This document shows positions 18,178 through 30,008 of a stretch of DNA of 64,000 nt, piece after piece. Under the pieces are notes generated by a model. The model did not search any database, had not been told where the DNA came from, and saw only the letters and a program-made list of their open reading frames with translations. Position 1 is the first letter of the stretch, and each line of letters opens with the position of its first letter. Origin of the DNA: Candidatus Omnitrophota bacterium (GTDB taxonomy: Bacteria; Omnitrophota; Gorgyraeia; Zapsychrales; Zapsychraceae); assembly GCA_020429915.1 (NCBI GenBank), contig JAGQKV010000001.1, positions 28,971 through 92,970 on the forward strand. Reading direction: 5' to 3'. The translations under genes and the position numbers were made by a program.

Positions 18178-19056
18178 ATGAAAGTAGACGTCAAGAAAGT
18201 CAACGAAGTGGCCCGTGAACTTACTTTCGAGGTCCCCAAGGAAACCGTAACTCCCAAGTTTGATGAGGTATACAAGGACCTGGCGAAGAAGGTCACGGTG
18301 AAAGGTTTTCGCAAGGGCAAGGTCCCTCGTAACATTCTGGAAACGCATCATCGTCAGCAGGCCGAGGAAGAAGTCATTCGCAAAGTGGTCGGCGAGGCTT
18401 ATGAAAAAGCGTTGCAGGACGAAGATATCCATCCCATCGACCTGCCGGAGATTCATGACGTCTCGCTGAAAGAGGGCGTCGTCCGTTTTACCGCCAAACT
18501 CGAAATCAAACCGGATATCCAGCTGAAAGAATACAAGGGACTTAAGGTGAAGCGTAAGGATTCCAAGGTCACCGACGACGAACTGAACAAAACGCTGGAA
18601 GTGTTCAAGCAAGGTCAGGGCAAGGACGTCGAAGTGAACGATGACTTTGCCAAGGGAATGGGTTTTCCCAGTTTGGAAGAATTCAAAAAGTCTTTGGCGC
18701 GTCAGCTTGAGATGGAAAAGGATCGCCAGAACAAAGTGGATGTCGAGAATCAGATTATCGAACAGCTGCTGAAATCCACCAAGGTGACCGTACCGCAGTC
18801 ACTGGTCGAGCGTCAACTGCACCGCCGGTTGCACGATTATCAAAATCAAATGCAGCAACAGGGTGTTGCGGCCGAGGAAGCGCAGAAGCGTATCAATGAA
18901 TCCGAAAAGGAATTGCGGACTGCGGTCGAAAAGGACGTGCAGGTTTATCTGATCCTCGACAAGATCGCCGCCGAAGAGAAGATGGATATCAAGCAAGGCG
19001 AGAACCTTCCCGCGAAGGTTATCGAATTTCTGCTTAAGGAAGCAAAGTGGAGTTAA
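18178..19056 (+). CDS. tig: Trigger factor homolog lacking the central FKBP-type PPIase domain (N-terminal ribosome-binding domain + C-terminal chaperone arms only)
   Basis: 292 aa. N-terminal domain has the GFRKGKVP ribosome-docking signature (VKGFRKGKVPRNILE). After ~residue 130 the sequence passes directly into C-domain-like helices; no GxxxG/FKBP segment. Located immediately upstream of clpP, as in the canonical tig-clpP arrangement. Confidence 0.75.
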   Translation: MKVDVKKVNEVARELTFEVPKETVTPKFDEVYKDLAKKVTVKGFRKGKVPRNILETHHRQQAEEEVIRKVVGEAYEKALQDEDIHPIDLPEIHDVSLKEGVVRFTAKLEIKPDIQLKEYKGLKVKRKDSKVTDDELNKTLEVFKQGQGKDVEVNDDFAKGMGFPSLEEFKKSLARQLEMEKDRQNKVDVENQIIEQLLKSTKVTVPQSLVERQLHRRLHDYQNQMQQQGVAAEEAQKRINESEKELRTAVEKDVQVYLILDKIAAEEKMDIKQGENLPAKVIEFLLKEAKWS

Positions 19057-19121
19057 AGGCCATTCGTTCGACGGCCGGTTGTTCCACGCAACACAATCTC
19101 TAATACGGGAGGCAGGAGAAT

Positions 19122-19733
19122 ATGGAAGTGAATAATTCCCTACTGGTACCAATGGTGGTCGAGAAATCGGGACAGGGCGAACGCGCCTACGACATTTATT
19201 CCCGCCTGTTGAAGGAGCGCATTGTTTTCATCGGGACCGCCATTGATGACAATGTAGCGAACCTGATTATCGCGCAGCTGCTCTATCTGCAAAGCGAGGA
19301 TGCCAAAAAAGATATCCATGTGTATATCAATTCTCCCGGAGGGTCGGTCACTGCGGGGTTGGGCATTTACGACACGATGCAGTTTGTGAAGCCGGACGTA
19401 CGGACGTATTGTATCGGTCAGGCCGCCAGTATGGGGTCGTTATTGCTGACCGCCGGCGCGCCGGGCAAGCGATACTCTTTGCCGTATTCACGGATCATGA
19501 TCCACCAACCGTGGGGCGGGGCCCAGGGGACAGCTAGTGACATTCATATTCAAGCCCAGGAAATCCTGCGGATGAAGGAAGAGTTGACCGGGATCCTGGC
19601 CAAGCATACAGGGCAGGAATTCGCCAAGGTCGAACGGGACTGCGACCGGGACTACTACATGTCCGCCAAGGAAGCCAAGGAGTACGGTCTGGTCGATGAA
19701 GTGATTGAAGCCGTGCCCAAAGACAACAAGTAA
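19122..19733 (+). CDS. clpP: ATP-dependent Clp protease proteolytic subunit ClpP
   Basis: [56 protein letters not shown]...[11 protein letters not shown]...IMIHQP. Ser-His-Asp triad context typical of ClpP. Confidence 0.95.
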   Translation: MEVNNSLLVPMVVEKSGQGERAYDIYSRLLKERIVFIGTAIDDNVANLIIAQLLYLQSEDAKKDIHVYINSPGGSVTAGLGIYDTMQFVKPDVRTYCIGQAASMGSLLLTAGAPGKRYSLPYSRIMIHQPWGGAQGTASDIHIQAQEILRMKEELTGILAKHTGQEFAKVERDCDRDYYMSAKEAKEYGLVDEVIEAVPKDNK

Positions 19734-19770
19734 CCGGACCATGGGGCCGGTCGCGGATCCCCATCAGCTC

Positions 19771-21350
19771 ATGAAAATACTCGTCAGCGACAAATTGGCC
19801 CCTGAGGGCCTGGCGATTCTCGAGGCTCAAAAGGAATTCCAGGTGGATGTCCGTAACGGGATGTCTCCCGACGAACTAAAGAAGGTCATCGGCGAGTACG
19901 ACGCCATTATCATCCGTTCGGCCACCACACTGACCGGGGATATTATTGATGCCGGCGCCAAGTTAAAGGTGATCGGCCGGGCGGGCGTGGGGCTCGACAA
20001 TGTCGATCTGCCGGCGGCGACCAAAAAAGGGGTCGTCGCGATGAACACCCCGGGAGGAAACACGACCTCCACGGCGGAGCACACGCTGAGCATGATGTTG
20101 GCCTTATCACGCAACATTCCTCAGGCGTGCGCCGCGATGCGTGCCGGCCGTTGGGACCGCTCGCAATTCAGCGGTGTTGAGCTGCACGGCAAGACCTTGG
20201 GTATCATCGGCTTGGGCCGCATCGGCTCCACGGTTTCCCGTTACGCCAAGGCCTTCGGCATGCAGGTGCTGGCGTATGATCCGTATCTGTCGATGGAGGC
20301 AATCCAGCAGCAAGGGGTTGCCGCCGGGCCTTTGGAACGGCTCTATGAAAATTCGGACTACATCTCGGTTCACATCCCTAAAACTGCGGAGACCGAGAAT
20401 TTGATCGGGGCCACAGAGATCGCTAAAATGAAACCGGGTGTGCGCTTGATCAATTGCGCGCGCGGCGGCATTATTGATGAAGCGGCCTTGGATGAGGCAC
20501 TGGCGTCGGGGCGCATCGCCGGCGCGGCACTGGATGTCTTTGCCGAAGAGCCGTTGGCCGCGGATTCACCGTTACGTGGTCGCGAAAATTGTGTCCTCAC
20601 TCCGCACCTCGGGGCTTCTACCTCCGAGGCGCAAGTCAATGTGGCGATTGAAATTGCCGAATGTGTGCGTGACGCCCTGATGGGCCGTGGGATCGTGAAC
20701 GCCGTCAATTTTCCATCCGTCGACGGGGAGACATACAGGCAACTGGAACCGTATATTCATCTCGGTTTCTGCATGGGTAAATTCGCCGGACAGTTGATCA
20801 ATGGCCGCATCAGCGAGGTCAAGATTACCTATAACGGCATCCTGACCCGGTACAAGACGGCACCGGTCACCTTGTCATTGGTTAACGGGCTGTTGACACC
20901 GATCCTGGAAGACCGGGTGAATTACGTCAACGCTCTGGATGTGGCCCGGGAGCGGGCCATCGCAGTGCAGGAGATCACGTCCACCCGCGACGAAGAATTC
21001 ACGAATTGTGTGAAGGTCGAGATCGAGACGGACAAGATTCCCTTTCTGATGATGGGGACGCTCTCCGGAAATAACTTGCCGCGAATTGTGCGTATCAATC
21101 AGACTTATATGGAAGCGATTCCGGAAGGAAACATTCTGTTTATCCACAATAACGACAAACCGGGTATGGTGGGCGCCATCGGGGCCACACTAGGCGAAGG
21201 TCAGGTGAACATTGCGGGCATCACGCTTGGTCGGCGGACCGATACCGGCACGGCCATCAGTGTCATCAATGTGGACAGTGAGGTCCCCGAAGCGGTCGTG
21301 GAACGGCTTAAACAGATTCCCGATATCCTGTATGTCAGGGCGATGAAGGT

Positions 21351-21354
<4 letters not shown>
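19771..21354 (+). CDS. serA: D-3-phosphoglycerate dehydrogenase SerA (with C-terminal ACT domain)
   Basis: MKILVSDKLAPEGLAILE...GRAGVGLDNVDL...LGIIGLGRIGSTVS (NAD-binding GxGxxG). C-terminal ACT-like region NNDKPGMVGAIGATLGEGQVNIAGITLGR. ATG at 19771 chosen; earlier in-frame ATGs at 19705/19741 overlap or abut clpP. Confidence 0.85.
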
Positions 21355-23446
<2,092 letters not shown>

Positions 23447-23450
23447 TTTC

Positions 23451-23467
23451 GTATCCTATTGGGATAC
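23451..23467 (+). terminator. Hairpin (GTATCC-tattg-GGATAC) followed by a T-rich tract, possible purA terminator
   Basis: Perfect 6-bp inverted repeat 5 nt after the purA stop, followed by ATTGAGTTGTTATAATTTT. Confidence 0.35.
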
Positions 23468-23487
23468 ATTGAGTTGTTATAATTTTC

Positions 23488-23516
23488 TTGACTTTAAATT
23501 ACACTCATGCTAATGT
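23488..23516 (+). promoter_or_regulatory. Sigma70-like promoter upstream of the OmpA-family gene (-35 TTGACT, 17-nt spacer, -10 TAATGT)
   Basis: TTGACT at 23488-23493, spacer ttaaattacactcatgc (17 nt), TAATGT at 23511-23516. A good SD (AAAGGAGG) follows before the ATG at 23542. Confidence 0.45.
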
Positions 23517-23541
23517 TGGGTATTGCTAAAGGAGGAAAAGC

Positions 23542-24174
23542 ATGCATTTTCACTTGAGAAAGCTTTCTATGGCCGTTATTGCCGTTTTTGTTACGGTGAG
23601 CACCAGCGGCTGCACCTTTATTTTCCAGAAAAACCGCCGACCCGATGTCGATAAGATTCAAGCGATGCAGGATGAAGTTCGTTCGCTGAAAGATGAAAAG
23701 TCCCAGCTCCAGCGCGCCAAGGAAGAGCTGGAGAAGCAGATGTCCCAGGAGATCGCGGACAAAGAGGTCAAGGTCCAGATGCTCGAGCGGGGCCTGGTTA
23801 TTACGTTTGTGGCCGAGGTCCTGTTTGACTCCGGAAAGGCGGACCTGCGCGAAGGCTCCAAATCCCGTTTGAGCAAGGTTGCCAACACGCTCAACACCAC
23901 CGTCAAGAATCTGGATGTCGGTATCGAAGGACACACCGATAATGTTCCAATCAAATACTCGGGTTGGAAATCCAACTGGGAGTTGTCCAGCGCGCGTGCG
24001 CTCAGCGTCCTGCACTTTTTGATCGAACAGCACAAGGTCGACCCCAATCGTTTAGCCGCTACCGGTTACGGCCAATACAAACCAGTCGCTTCCAACAATA
24101 CCGCGGAAGGTCGCCAGAAGAATCGTCGGGTGGAAATCGTTATCCTGCCTGAGGCCGAAGTAGAAGGAAGATAA
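23542..24174 (+). CDS. OmpA/MotB-family peptidoglycan-binding lipoprotein (Pal-like) with a central coiled-coil segment
   Basis: Signal peptide with lipobox-like VSTSG|C. Coiled-coil QAMQDEVRSLKDEKSQLQRAKEELEKQ. C-terminal OmpA-like domain (ITFVAEVLFDSGKADLREGSKSRL...GHTDNVPI...SNWELSSARALSVLHFL...RRVEIVI). Confidence 0.8.
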   Translation: MHFHLRKLSMAVIAVFVTVSTSGCTFIFQKNRRPDVDKIQAMQDEVRSLKDEKSQLQRAKEELEKQMSQEIADKEVKVQMLERGLVITFVAEVLFDSGKADLREGSKSRLSKVANTLNTTVKNLDVGIEGHTDNVPIKYSGWKSNWELSSARALSVLHFLIEQHKVDPNRLAATGYGQYKPVASNNTAEGRQKNRRVEIVILPEAEVEGR

Positions 24175-24181
24175 CCGAATT

Positions 24182-24526
24182 ATGCGCATTTTTGCGATGA
24201 TAGTCGCGATTGTCATTACCGCGGCGTCGGTCGGTTTGGCGTACCGTTATTACAAAGGCGCCAGCAAGGCCGAAAACGATCTCAATCAGGAACGCTATCA
24301 GCGTATGGTGGCAGAGGAAAATCTGCAAAACACCAAGCTGCAGGTCAAGAGCCTCGAAGGACAATTGCAAAAGTCCGAACAAAAGGCTCAGAGCCTTGAA
24401 CAGCGGGCTCAGAAATTTGCCGCGATCAACGAGGACCTTAAAATGCGCCTCGAAAAGGCCTCCGAAATCCAGAAGCGGCTCGAAGAAAAGATCCTCGAGT
24501 TCGATATGATTTCACAGCAGTTGTAG
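24182..24526 (+). CDS. Small membrane-anchored coiled-coil protein, function unknown
   Basis: 114 aa. N-terminal TM helix MRIFAMIVAIVITAASVGLA, then a heptad-like coiled coil (LQNTKLQVKSLEGQLQKSEQKAQSLEQRAQK...). Begins 8 nt after the OmpA-like gene stop. Confidence 0.5.
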   Translation: MRIFAMIVAIVITAASVGLAYRYYKGASKAENDLNQERYQRMVAEENLQNTKLQVKSLEGQLQKSEQKAQSLEQRAQKFAAINEDLKMRLEKASEIQKRLEEKILEFDMISQQL

Positions 24527-24565
24527 CGCAGCTGCCTAACAGCCTGAATCTCGAGAAGTTTTCGG

Positions 24566-24597
24566 ATGGGGGATAATCAATCCCCCATTTTGTTTGT
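24566..24597 (+). terminator. Rho-independent terminator
   Basis: Stem ATGGGGGA / TCCCCCAT with loop TAATCAA, followed by TTTTGTTTG; directly after the stop of the 24182 ORF. Confidence 0.6.
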
Positions 24598-24605
24598 AAA
24601 CGACC

Positions 24606-25337
24606 ATGAACCAGGAACTTGATAAAGAACGGATCCCCAGGCACGTTGCCATCATCATGGACGGTAACGGTCGTTGGGCCGAAAAGCAAAATCTGTCGCG
24701 AACGCAAGGGCATATCGCCGGAGTCAAGCGGGTCGAAGAGATCATCGACTATGCCAGCGAAATCGGCATCGAAGCGGTAACCTTATACACCTTCTCATCC
24801 GAAAACTGGAATCGTCCCAGCAATGAAGTCTCCACGATTATGAATATCGTGGCCGCGGTCTTGAACCGGAAGTTGAAGAAACTTAAACAGGACAACTTCA
24901 AATTCCGTATGATCGGCCGCGAAGAGGGGTTGCCTGAGAATTGTCTGGAGGCCATTAAGCTCGTAGTCGAGGAAACCAAGGAAAATAAGGGCGTAAAGAT
25001 CAACTTGGCGTTCAATTACGGATCACGTATTGAGATTCTCGATGCCATCAAAAGCATCGCCCGGTCAGTTCAGCAGGGGGAACTTTCCGTCGAGGATATC
25101 GACGAAGACTCTGTCAATAATGCTTTGTACACGCATGGATTGCCGGACCCGGACCTGTTGATCCGGACTTCCGGTGAACAGCGGATCAGCAATTTTCTGC
25201 TGTGGCAATTGTCCTACGCAGAGCTTTATTTTACCGATAAATTCTGGCCTGACTTCAGTATTGAGGAGTTCAAACGGGCCTTGCTGGACTATCAGAACCG
25301 GCAAAGGCGTTTTGGGAATCTGACTCCCCAGTCTTGA
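24606..25337 (+). CDS. uppS: Undecaprenyl pyrophosphate synthase (di-trans,poly-cis-decaprenylcistransferase)
   Basis: PRHVAIIMDGNGRWA...EAVTLYTFSSENWNRP...IRTSGEQRISNFLLWQLSYAELYF; canonical UppS motifs. Confidence 0.95.
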   Translation: MNQELDKERIPRHVAIIMDGNGRWAEKQNLSRTQGHIAGVKRVEEIIDYASEIGIEAVTLYTFSSENWNRPSNEVSTIMNIVAAVLNRKLKKLKQDNFKFRMIGREEGLPENCLEAIKLVVEETKENKGVKINLAFNYGSRIEILDAIKSIARSVQQGELSVEDIDEDSVNNALYTHGLPDPDLLIRTSGEQRISNFLLWQLSYAELYFTDKFWPDFSIEEFKRALLDYQNRQRRFGNLTPQS

Positions 25338-25341
25338 GCCC

Positions 25342-26160
25342 ATGAACAGAGACCGCTGGATTAGTTCGACGATCATGATCACTCTTACGGTGGGGGCATT
25401 GCTCAACCGTTGGGTGTTGCTCTTTGTCACGTTGGCGCTGACGATCGGCGCGATGTACGAGTTCTTCCACCGCATTAAGAAGAAGGGGATCCCGATATAC
25501 AGCTATACAGGGATCGTCATCGGGGTGATCATCCCGTTGGTGGCTTTCTTCCAACTGGAACCGGCACGCAAATGGGACCTGCTTTTCATCGCCGCCGCTC
25601 TTTTGGTAATTTTTGTCATGCAGCTCAGCCGCAACGACAATACCAACGCGATCGTCGGCATTTCATGTACCCTGTTCGGCGTGCTGTACGTGTCTTGGTT
25701 TTTCAGCTTTCTGATCAAGATTTATTACCTGATGCCCGAGATCCCGAACGCAGGTGTGAAGATGCTGGCGTTCCTGCTTTTGGTTACCAAGTGCGGCGAC
25801 ATGGGAGCTCTGCTCGTCGGATCGAAGTACGGCAAGAAATTGCTGGTGCCCAAGATCAGTCCCAAGAAAACCGTGGAAGGGGCGATGGGCAGTACGGCGG
25901 CGAGTGTCATGGCCGCGCTGATCGGTTGCCAGTTAATCCCGGTGCAGTTGGATCTGTCACTGTGGCACATTGCCCTGATGGGGGCGGTATTCGGCGGATT
26001 AGGCCAGTTGGGGGACATGTCCGAATCAATGATCAAGCGGGATTTGGGGGTCAAGGACTCGGGCAAGATGTTGCCGGCCTTGGGAGGCGCTTTGGACGCC
26101 ATCGACAGCCTGCTGTTTTCGGCACCGGTGTTTTATTTCTACATCATATCCCTGATATAG
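25342..26160 (+). CDS. cdsA: Phosphatidate cytidylyltransferase (CDP-diglyceride synthase)
   Basis: Multi-TM protein with C-terminal KISPKKTVEGAMGSTAASV...GDMSESMIKRDLGVKDSG...GGALDAIDSLLF; CdsA signature. Confidence 0.9.
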   Translation: MNRDRWISSTIMITLTVGALLNRWVLLFVTLALTIGAMYEFFHRIKKKGIPIYSYTGIVIGVIIPLVAFFQLEPARKWDLLFIAAALLVIFVMQLSRNDNTNAIVGISCTLFGVLYVSWFFSFLIKIYYLMPEIPNAGVKMLAFLLLVTKCGDMGALLVGSKYGKKLLVPKISPKKTVEGAMGSTAASVMAALIGCQLIPVQLDLSLWHIALMGAVFGGLGQLGDMSESMIKRDLGVKDSGKMLPALGGALDAIDSLLFSAPVFYFYIISLI

Positions 26161-26172
26161 ATTTTTGTTTTT

Positions 26173-27327
26173 ATGGCGGCTAAAAATATTGTTATTCTCG
26201 GTTCGACCGGCTCGATCGGCATCAGCACGCTGAAAGTTATTGAGCGCTATCCCGCGCGATTCAGGGTCTTCGCCTTGAGCGCGTATAACAACGTTCAGCT
26301 CCTTGAAAAACAAATTCATACGTTCCGGCCGCGGTATGCCGTAGTCAGCGACCGGGGTATGGAATATTTTCGTGGCCGCTCCCTCAACGGGACCAAGTTG
26401 TTGCACGTCGATCACGACCTGGAAGATATAGTCGCCCGACGGAGCGTATCGCACGTGGTCATCGGAATGCGCGGAAGCGCCGCGTTGGGTCCCTTCCTGA
26501 GCGCGGTCAACAACGGTAAGACCGTGGCCCCGGCGAACAAGGAAGCCCTGGTCATCGCCGGGGAACTGATAATGCGGCAGGCCCGGCGCCACAACGCCGT
26601 CATTGTCCCGGTGGACAGCGAACAAAGCGCTATTTTTCAGTGTCTGCAGGGTCAAAACCGGCCTGAATTGAAGAAGATTTATTTAACCGCCTCCGGAGGG
26701 ACATTACGCACCGTCGCCCGGCAGCGGTTCGACAAACTGTCGGTCGCCGAGATCCTCAATCATCCGCGCTGGAAGATGGGTAAGAAGATCACGGTCGACT
26801 CCGCGACCTTGATGAACAAGGGATTTGAAATTATCGAAGCATTGCGTTTGTTCGACTTAACGGTCGAACAGGTGGAAGTCGTCATCCATCCCGAGGCTAT
26901 TATCCATTCCATGGTTGAATATGTGGACGGATCCATCATCGCGCAGCTGGGGGTCACCGATATGCGGATTCCCATTCAGTACGCCTTGACATATCCCCAG
27001 CGGCTTGATGCCGGCTTGAAGCCTTTGAACTTTGCACGGCTCAAATCGCTGAATTTTGAAAAACCGGATTACCGGAAGTTTCCGGCCTTGTCGCTGGCCG
27101 TTGCGGTCGCGCGCCAGGGGGGGACGCTGCCGAGTGTCCTGAACGCTGCGGACGAAGAGGCGGTTGAAGCCTTCCTTAATAAACAAATCAAGTTGACGGA
27201 TATCTACCGGTCCGTGGAGAAAGTGGTCGCGCGGCACCGGGTCAGAGCAAAACCGAACCTCAATCAAATCCTGGAGGCCGATGTTTGGGCCCGGGAAGAA
27301 ACCAGAAAGGTGATTTCTGAGTTATGA
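26173..27327 (+). CDS. dxr: 1-deoxy-D-xylulose 5-phosphate reductoisomerase
   Basis: IVILGSTGSIGISTLKVI...PVDSEQSAIFQCLQG...LTASGGTLR...NKGFEIIEA; Dxr motifs. Confidence 0.95.
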   Translation: MAAKNIVILGSTGSIGISTLKVIERYPARFRVFALSAYNNVQLLEKQIHTFRPRYAVVSDRGMEYFRGRSLNGTKLLHVDHDLEDIVARRSVSHVVIGMRGSAALGPFLSAVNNGKTVAPANKEALVIAGELIMRQARRHNAVIVPVDSEQSAIFQCLQGQNRPELKKIYLTASGGTLRTVARQRFDKLSVAEILNHPRWKMGKKITVDSATLMNKGFEIIEALRLFDLTVEQVEVVIHPEAIIHSMVEYVDGSIIAQLGVTDMRIPIQYALTYPQRLDAGLKPLNFARLKSLNFEKPDYRKFPALSLAVAVARQGGTLPSVLNAADEEAVEAFLNKQIKLTDIYRSVEKVVARHRVRAKPNLNQILEADVWAREETRKVISEL

Positions 27328-28715
27328 TGGCATTCGAGGGAGTTTTATCGGGATTTTGGAGCACGGCAATATTTCTGCTGGTGCTCAGCATCCTCATTGT
27401 GGTGCATGAATGGGGCCATTTCATTACCGCCAAGCTGCAGGGCATCCAGGTCGACGAATTCGCCCTTGGATTCGGGCCCACATTGTGGCAGCGGAAATGG
27501 CACGGGACCAACTACATGATCAAGGCCTTTCCCTTGGGCGGGTATGTCCGTATGGCCGGTGACGAACGGGAGAAGGCGACCGGGGCGCCGGACGAATTCT
27601 TTTCAAAGTCTCCCGAACAAAGGGCTCTGGTGGTGTTCAACGGCCCCCTCATAAACTTTGTCCTGGCTTATGTCAGTTTTGTGCTGGTCTTTATGCTGGG
27701 ATATCCGGACCTGTCGACGAAGGTGACCGAAGTCGTTCAAGACGGGCCGGCGGTCACCTCCGGCATTCAGGTCGGGGATCGTGTGGTCGCGCTGAACGGG
27801 AAGAAATTGTGGGGGCTGATGCATATGGAGCGGCTGCTTGAGGGAACGGATGACTCCCCGATGACCGTGACCATCGAGCGCGGCGGCCAAAAGATGGATT
27901 ATCAGATCAAGCCTGAAGTGGAGGAACGGCCGGACCTGTTGCAGGTCCCGACGATGTTCCGTGAAATCGGACTCGGCTTTCTTCCCAACCGGGTGGCGAT
28001 CGTGGACGACACGCCCGCAGATAAGGCGGGGTTGATGCCCGAAGACGTTATTGTCGGGATCGACAATATGACCGTCACCAATTGGCGCACCTTGCACGAG
28101 GCGGTGGCGGATACCACCGGGGAGTTTATCAAGGTCAGCTATATACGTGACGGCAAGCCGGCAGTGATGAACATCAAGCCGAAGATCGTCGAACGCACCG
28201 ACAGCGAGACCGGCGAAATGAAGAAAGTCCGGCAGCTGGGCGTCGCTCCGATGCAGGACACCGCCCGTTACCGGTTCGGTTTTCTGGAATCGTTCGGCTA
28301 TGGCTGGGACCAGTTGTGGTATATTACCACGTTGACCTATGAGGCGCTTTACCGGATGGTGACCAAGACCATGCCGGCGCGCGATTCGCTCACCGGACCG
28401 GTGGGGATCTTTGTGATCGTGCAGGAATCGGCCAAGCTCGGACTTTCGCCGCTGATCTTTACGCTGGGTGTGATCAGCGCCAGTCTGGCCATTTTCAACC
28501 TGCTACCCATGCTGCCGCTGGACGGCGGGCATTTGGCTTTGCTGGCCGTGGAAAAGGCACGCGGCCGACCATTATCACAAAAAGTGGATGAGTTTTTCGC
28601 CAAGCTCGGGTTCACATTCATTATTCTTTTGGCGTTGTACGTCTTTTATATCGATTTCGACCGATTCGGCTGGATAGCGACCGTAAAAGACTTTTTTACT
28701 AATTTGGGAAAGTAA
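27324..28715 (+). CDS. rseP: RIP zinc metalloprotease RseP (site-2 protease) with PDZ domains
   Basis: N-terminal HEWGHFITAK (HExxH). C-terminal LPMLPLDGGH (LDG motif). Central PDZ-like segments (GIQVGDRVVALNG; PADKAGLMPEDVIVGIDN). Confidence 0.9.
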   Translation: MMAFEGVLSGFWSTAIFLLVLSILIVVHEWGHFITAKLQGIQVDEFALGFGPTLWQRKWHGTNYMIKAFPLGGYVRMAGDEREKATGAPDEFFSKSPEQRALVVFNGPLINFVLAYVSFVLVFMLGYPDLSTKVTEVVQDGPAVTSGIQVGDRVVALNGKKLWGLMHMERLLEGTDDSPMTVTIERGGQKMDYQIKPEVEERPDLLQVPTMFREIGLGFLPNRVAIVDDTPADKAGLMPEDVIVGIDNMTVTNWRTLHEAVADTTGEFIKVSYIRDGKPAVMNIKPKIVERTDSETGEMKKVRQLGVAPMQDTARYRFGFLESFGYGWDQLWYITTLTYEALYRMVTKTMPARDSLTGPVGIFVIVQESAKLGLSPLIFTLGVISASLAIFNLLPMLPLDGGHLALLAVEKARGRPLSQKVDEFFAKLGFTFIILLALYVFYIDFDRFGWIATVKDFFTNLGK

Positions 28716-28735
28716 TCTGAGAAAGGAGTGCTGCC

Positions 28736-30004
28736 ATGGCTGAGGACCTCAGAGATAAAGTCAACCGGTATCTGATTAATAGCACCGAGTTTCTCAAGGT
28801 CAAAGATCAGATGACGGAGGACCAGTTGCGCGCGTTCGTCAACCGGTCCATTGACGATATGATCAATGAGCAGGACCTCGAGATCAGCATGGAGGAGCGC
28901 GGGGCCCTGATCAAGTCCATGGTCAGTGCGGTGCTCAGTCTCGGACCGTTGCGGCCGTTGATGGAGGATGAAACCATCACCGAAATTATGGTCAACGGTT
29001 ACGACACGATTTACATCCAACGCTTCGGGAAGATCGAGAAGACCGATGTCAAGTTCGAGAGCAACGCCGCGTTGGCGCACACCACCCAGAAAATTCTGGC
29101 GACGTCCGAGTCCAACAAGCGGTGCGACGAGTCCAATCCGTACGTTGACTTTTCATTGCGCGATGGATCTCGGGTCAACGCGATCTTGCCTCCGTGTTCA
29201 CTGATGGGCCCGGTGTTGACGATCCGTAAATTTAAGGAAGATATCGGCTCCACCCAGCAGCTGCTGGAGATCAAAGAATTGAACGACGCCATGCATGAGT
29301 TGCTGGTCGCCGGGATGAAGTCCAAGTGCAACGTTATTTTCTGCGGGGCGACAGGTGCCGGAAAGACCACTTGTATGAACTGTTTCTCCACGCACATTCC
29401 CGAGGAGGAACGGATCATTACCATCGAGGACACCCCGGAGTTGAATCTCATGCAGGACCACGTCGTACGTCTGCAATCCAAGCCCCCCAACATTGAAGGC
29501 AAGGGGGAGATTACCATGGCCGATCTCTTTACCAATTCTTTGCGTATGCGTCCGGACCGGATTATCATCGGGGAAATCCGGGGCAAGGAAATGCTCGACT
29601 TGATTCAGTCGATCAGTTCCGGCCACAGCGGGTCGCTGGCGATCGTCCACGCGGAGTCTCCGGAAGACTGTTTCAGCCGGATGGTTACCATGATGTTGAT
29701 GACCGGGATTCGCCTGAGCAACGCGGAACTGCAAAAGCAAGTGGCCCGTGCGGTCGACATGATTGTGCACGTCGAGCTGTACAACGACGGGGTCCGCCGG
29801 ATCGCCAACATCACCGACGTTGTGTGGGATGAGGAAAAACAAAAGACATACCTGCACGACATCTGGTACTGGAAGCAGACCGGAGACATGGTTGACGGCG
29901 TTTTGCAGGGTGACTGGGTCAAGAATCGCCGGATACCGTCCTTCATGCAAAAATTCATCAAACACCGGGTGGAATTCCCGAAGGATTATTTCGATAAAGA
30001 GTAG
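28736..30004 (+). CDS. CpaF/TadA-family secretion ATPase (type II/IV secretion system ATPase superfamily), orphan
   Basis: 422 aa. ITEIMVNGYDTIYIQRFGKIEKT; Walker A FCGATGAGKTT; RIITIEDTPEL; IIGEIRG (Walker B/Asp box); His box SGHSGSLAIVHA. No other Tad/pilus or T2SS genes nearby. Confidence 0.8.
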   Translation: MAEDLRDKVNRYLINSTEFLKVKDQMTEDQLRAFVNRSIDDMINEQDLEISMEERGALIKSMVSAVLSLGPLRPLMEDETITEIMVNGYDTIYIQRFGKIEKTDVKFESNAALAHTTQKILATSESNKRCDESNPYVDFSLRDGSRVNAILPPCSLMGPVLTIRKFKEDIGSTQQLLEIKELNDAMHELLVAGMKSKCNVIFCGATGAGKTTCMNCFSTHIPEEERIITIEDTPELNLMQDHVVRLQSKPPNIEGKGEITMADLFTNSLRMRPDRIIIGEIRGKEMLDLIQSISSGHSGSLAIVHAESPEDCFSRMVTMMLMTGIRLSNAELQKQVARAVDMIVHVELYNDGVRRIANITDVVWDEEKQKTYLHDIWYWKQTGDMVDGVLQGDWVKNRRIPSFMQKFIKHRVEFPKDYFDKE

Positions 30005-30008
30005 CCTT

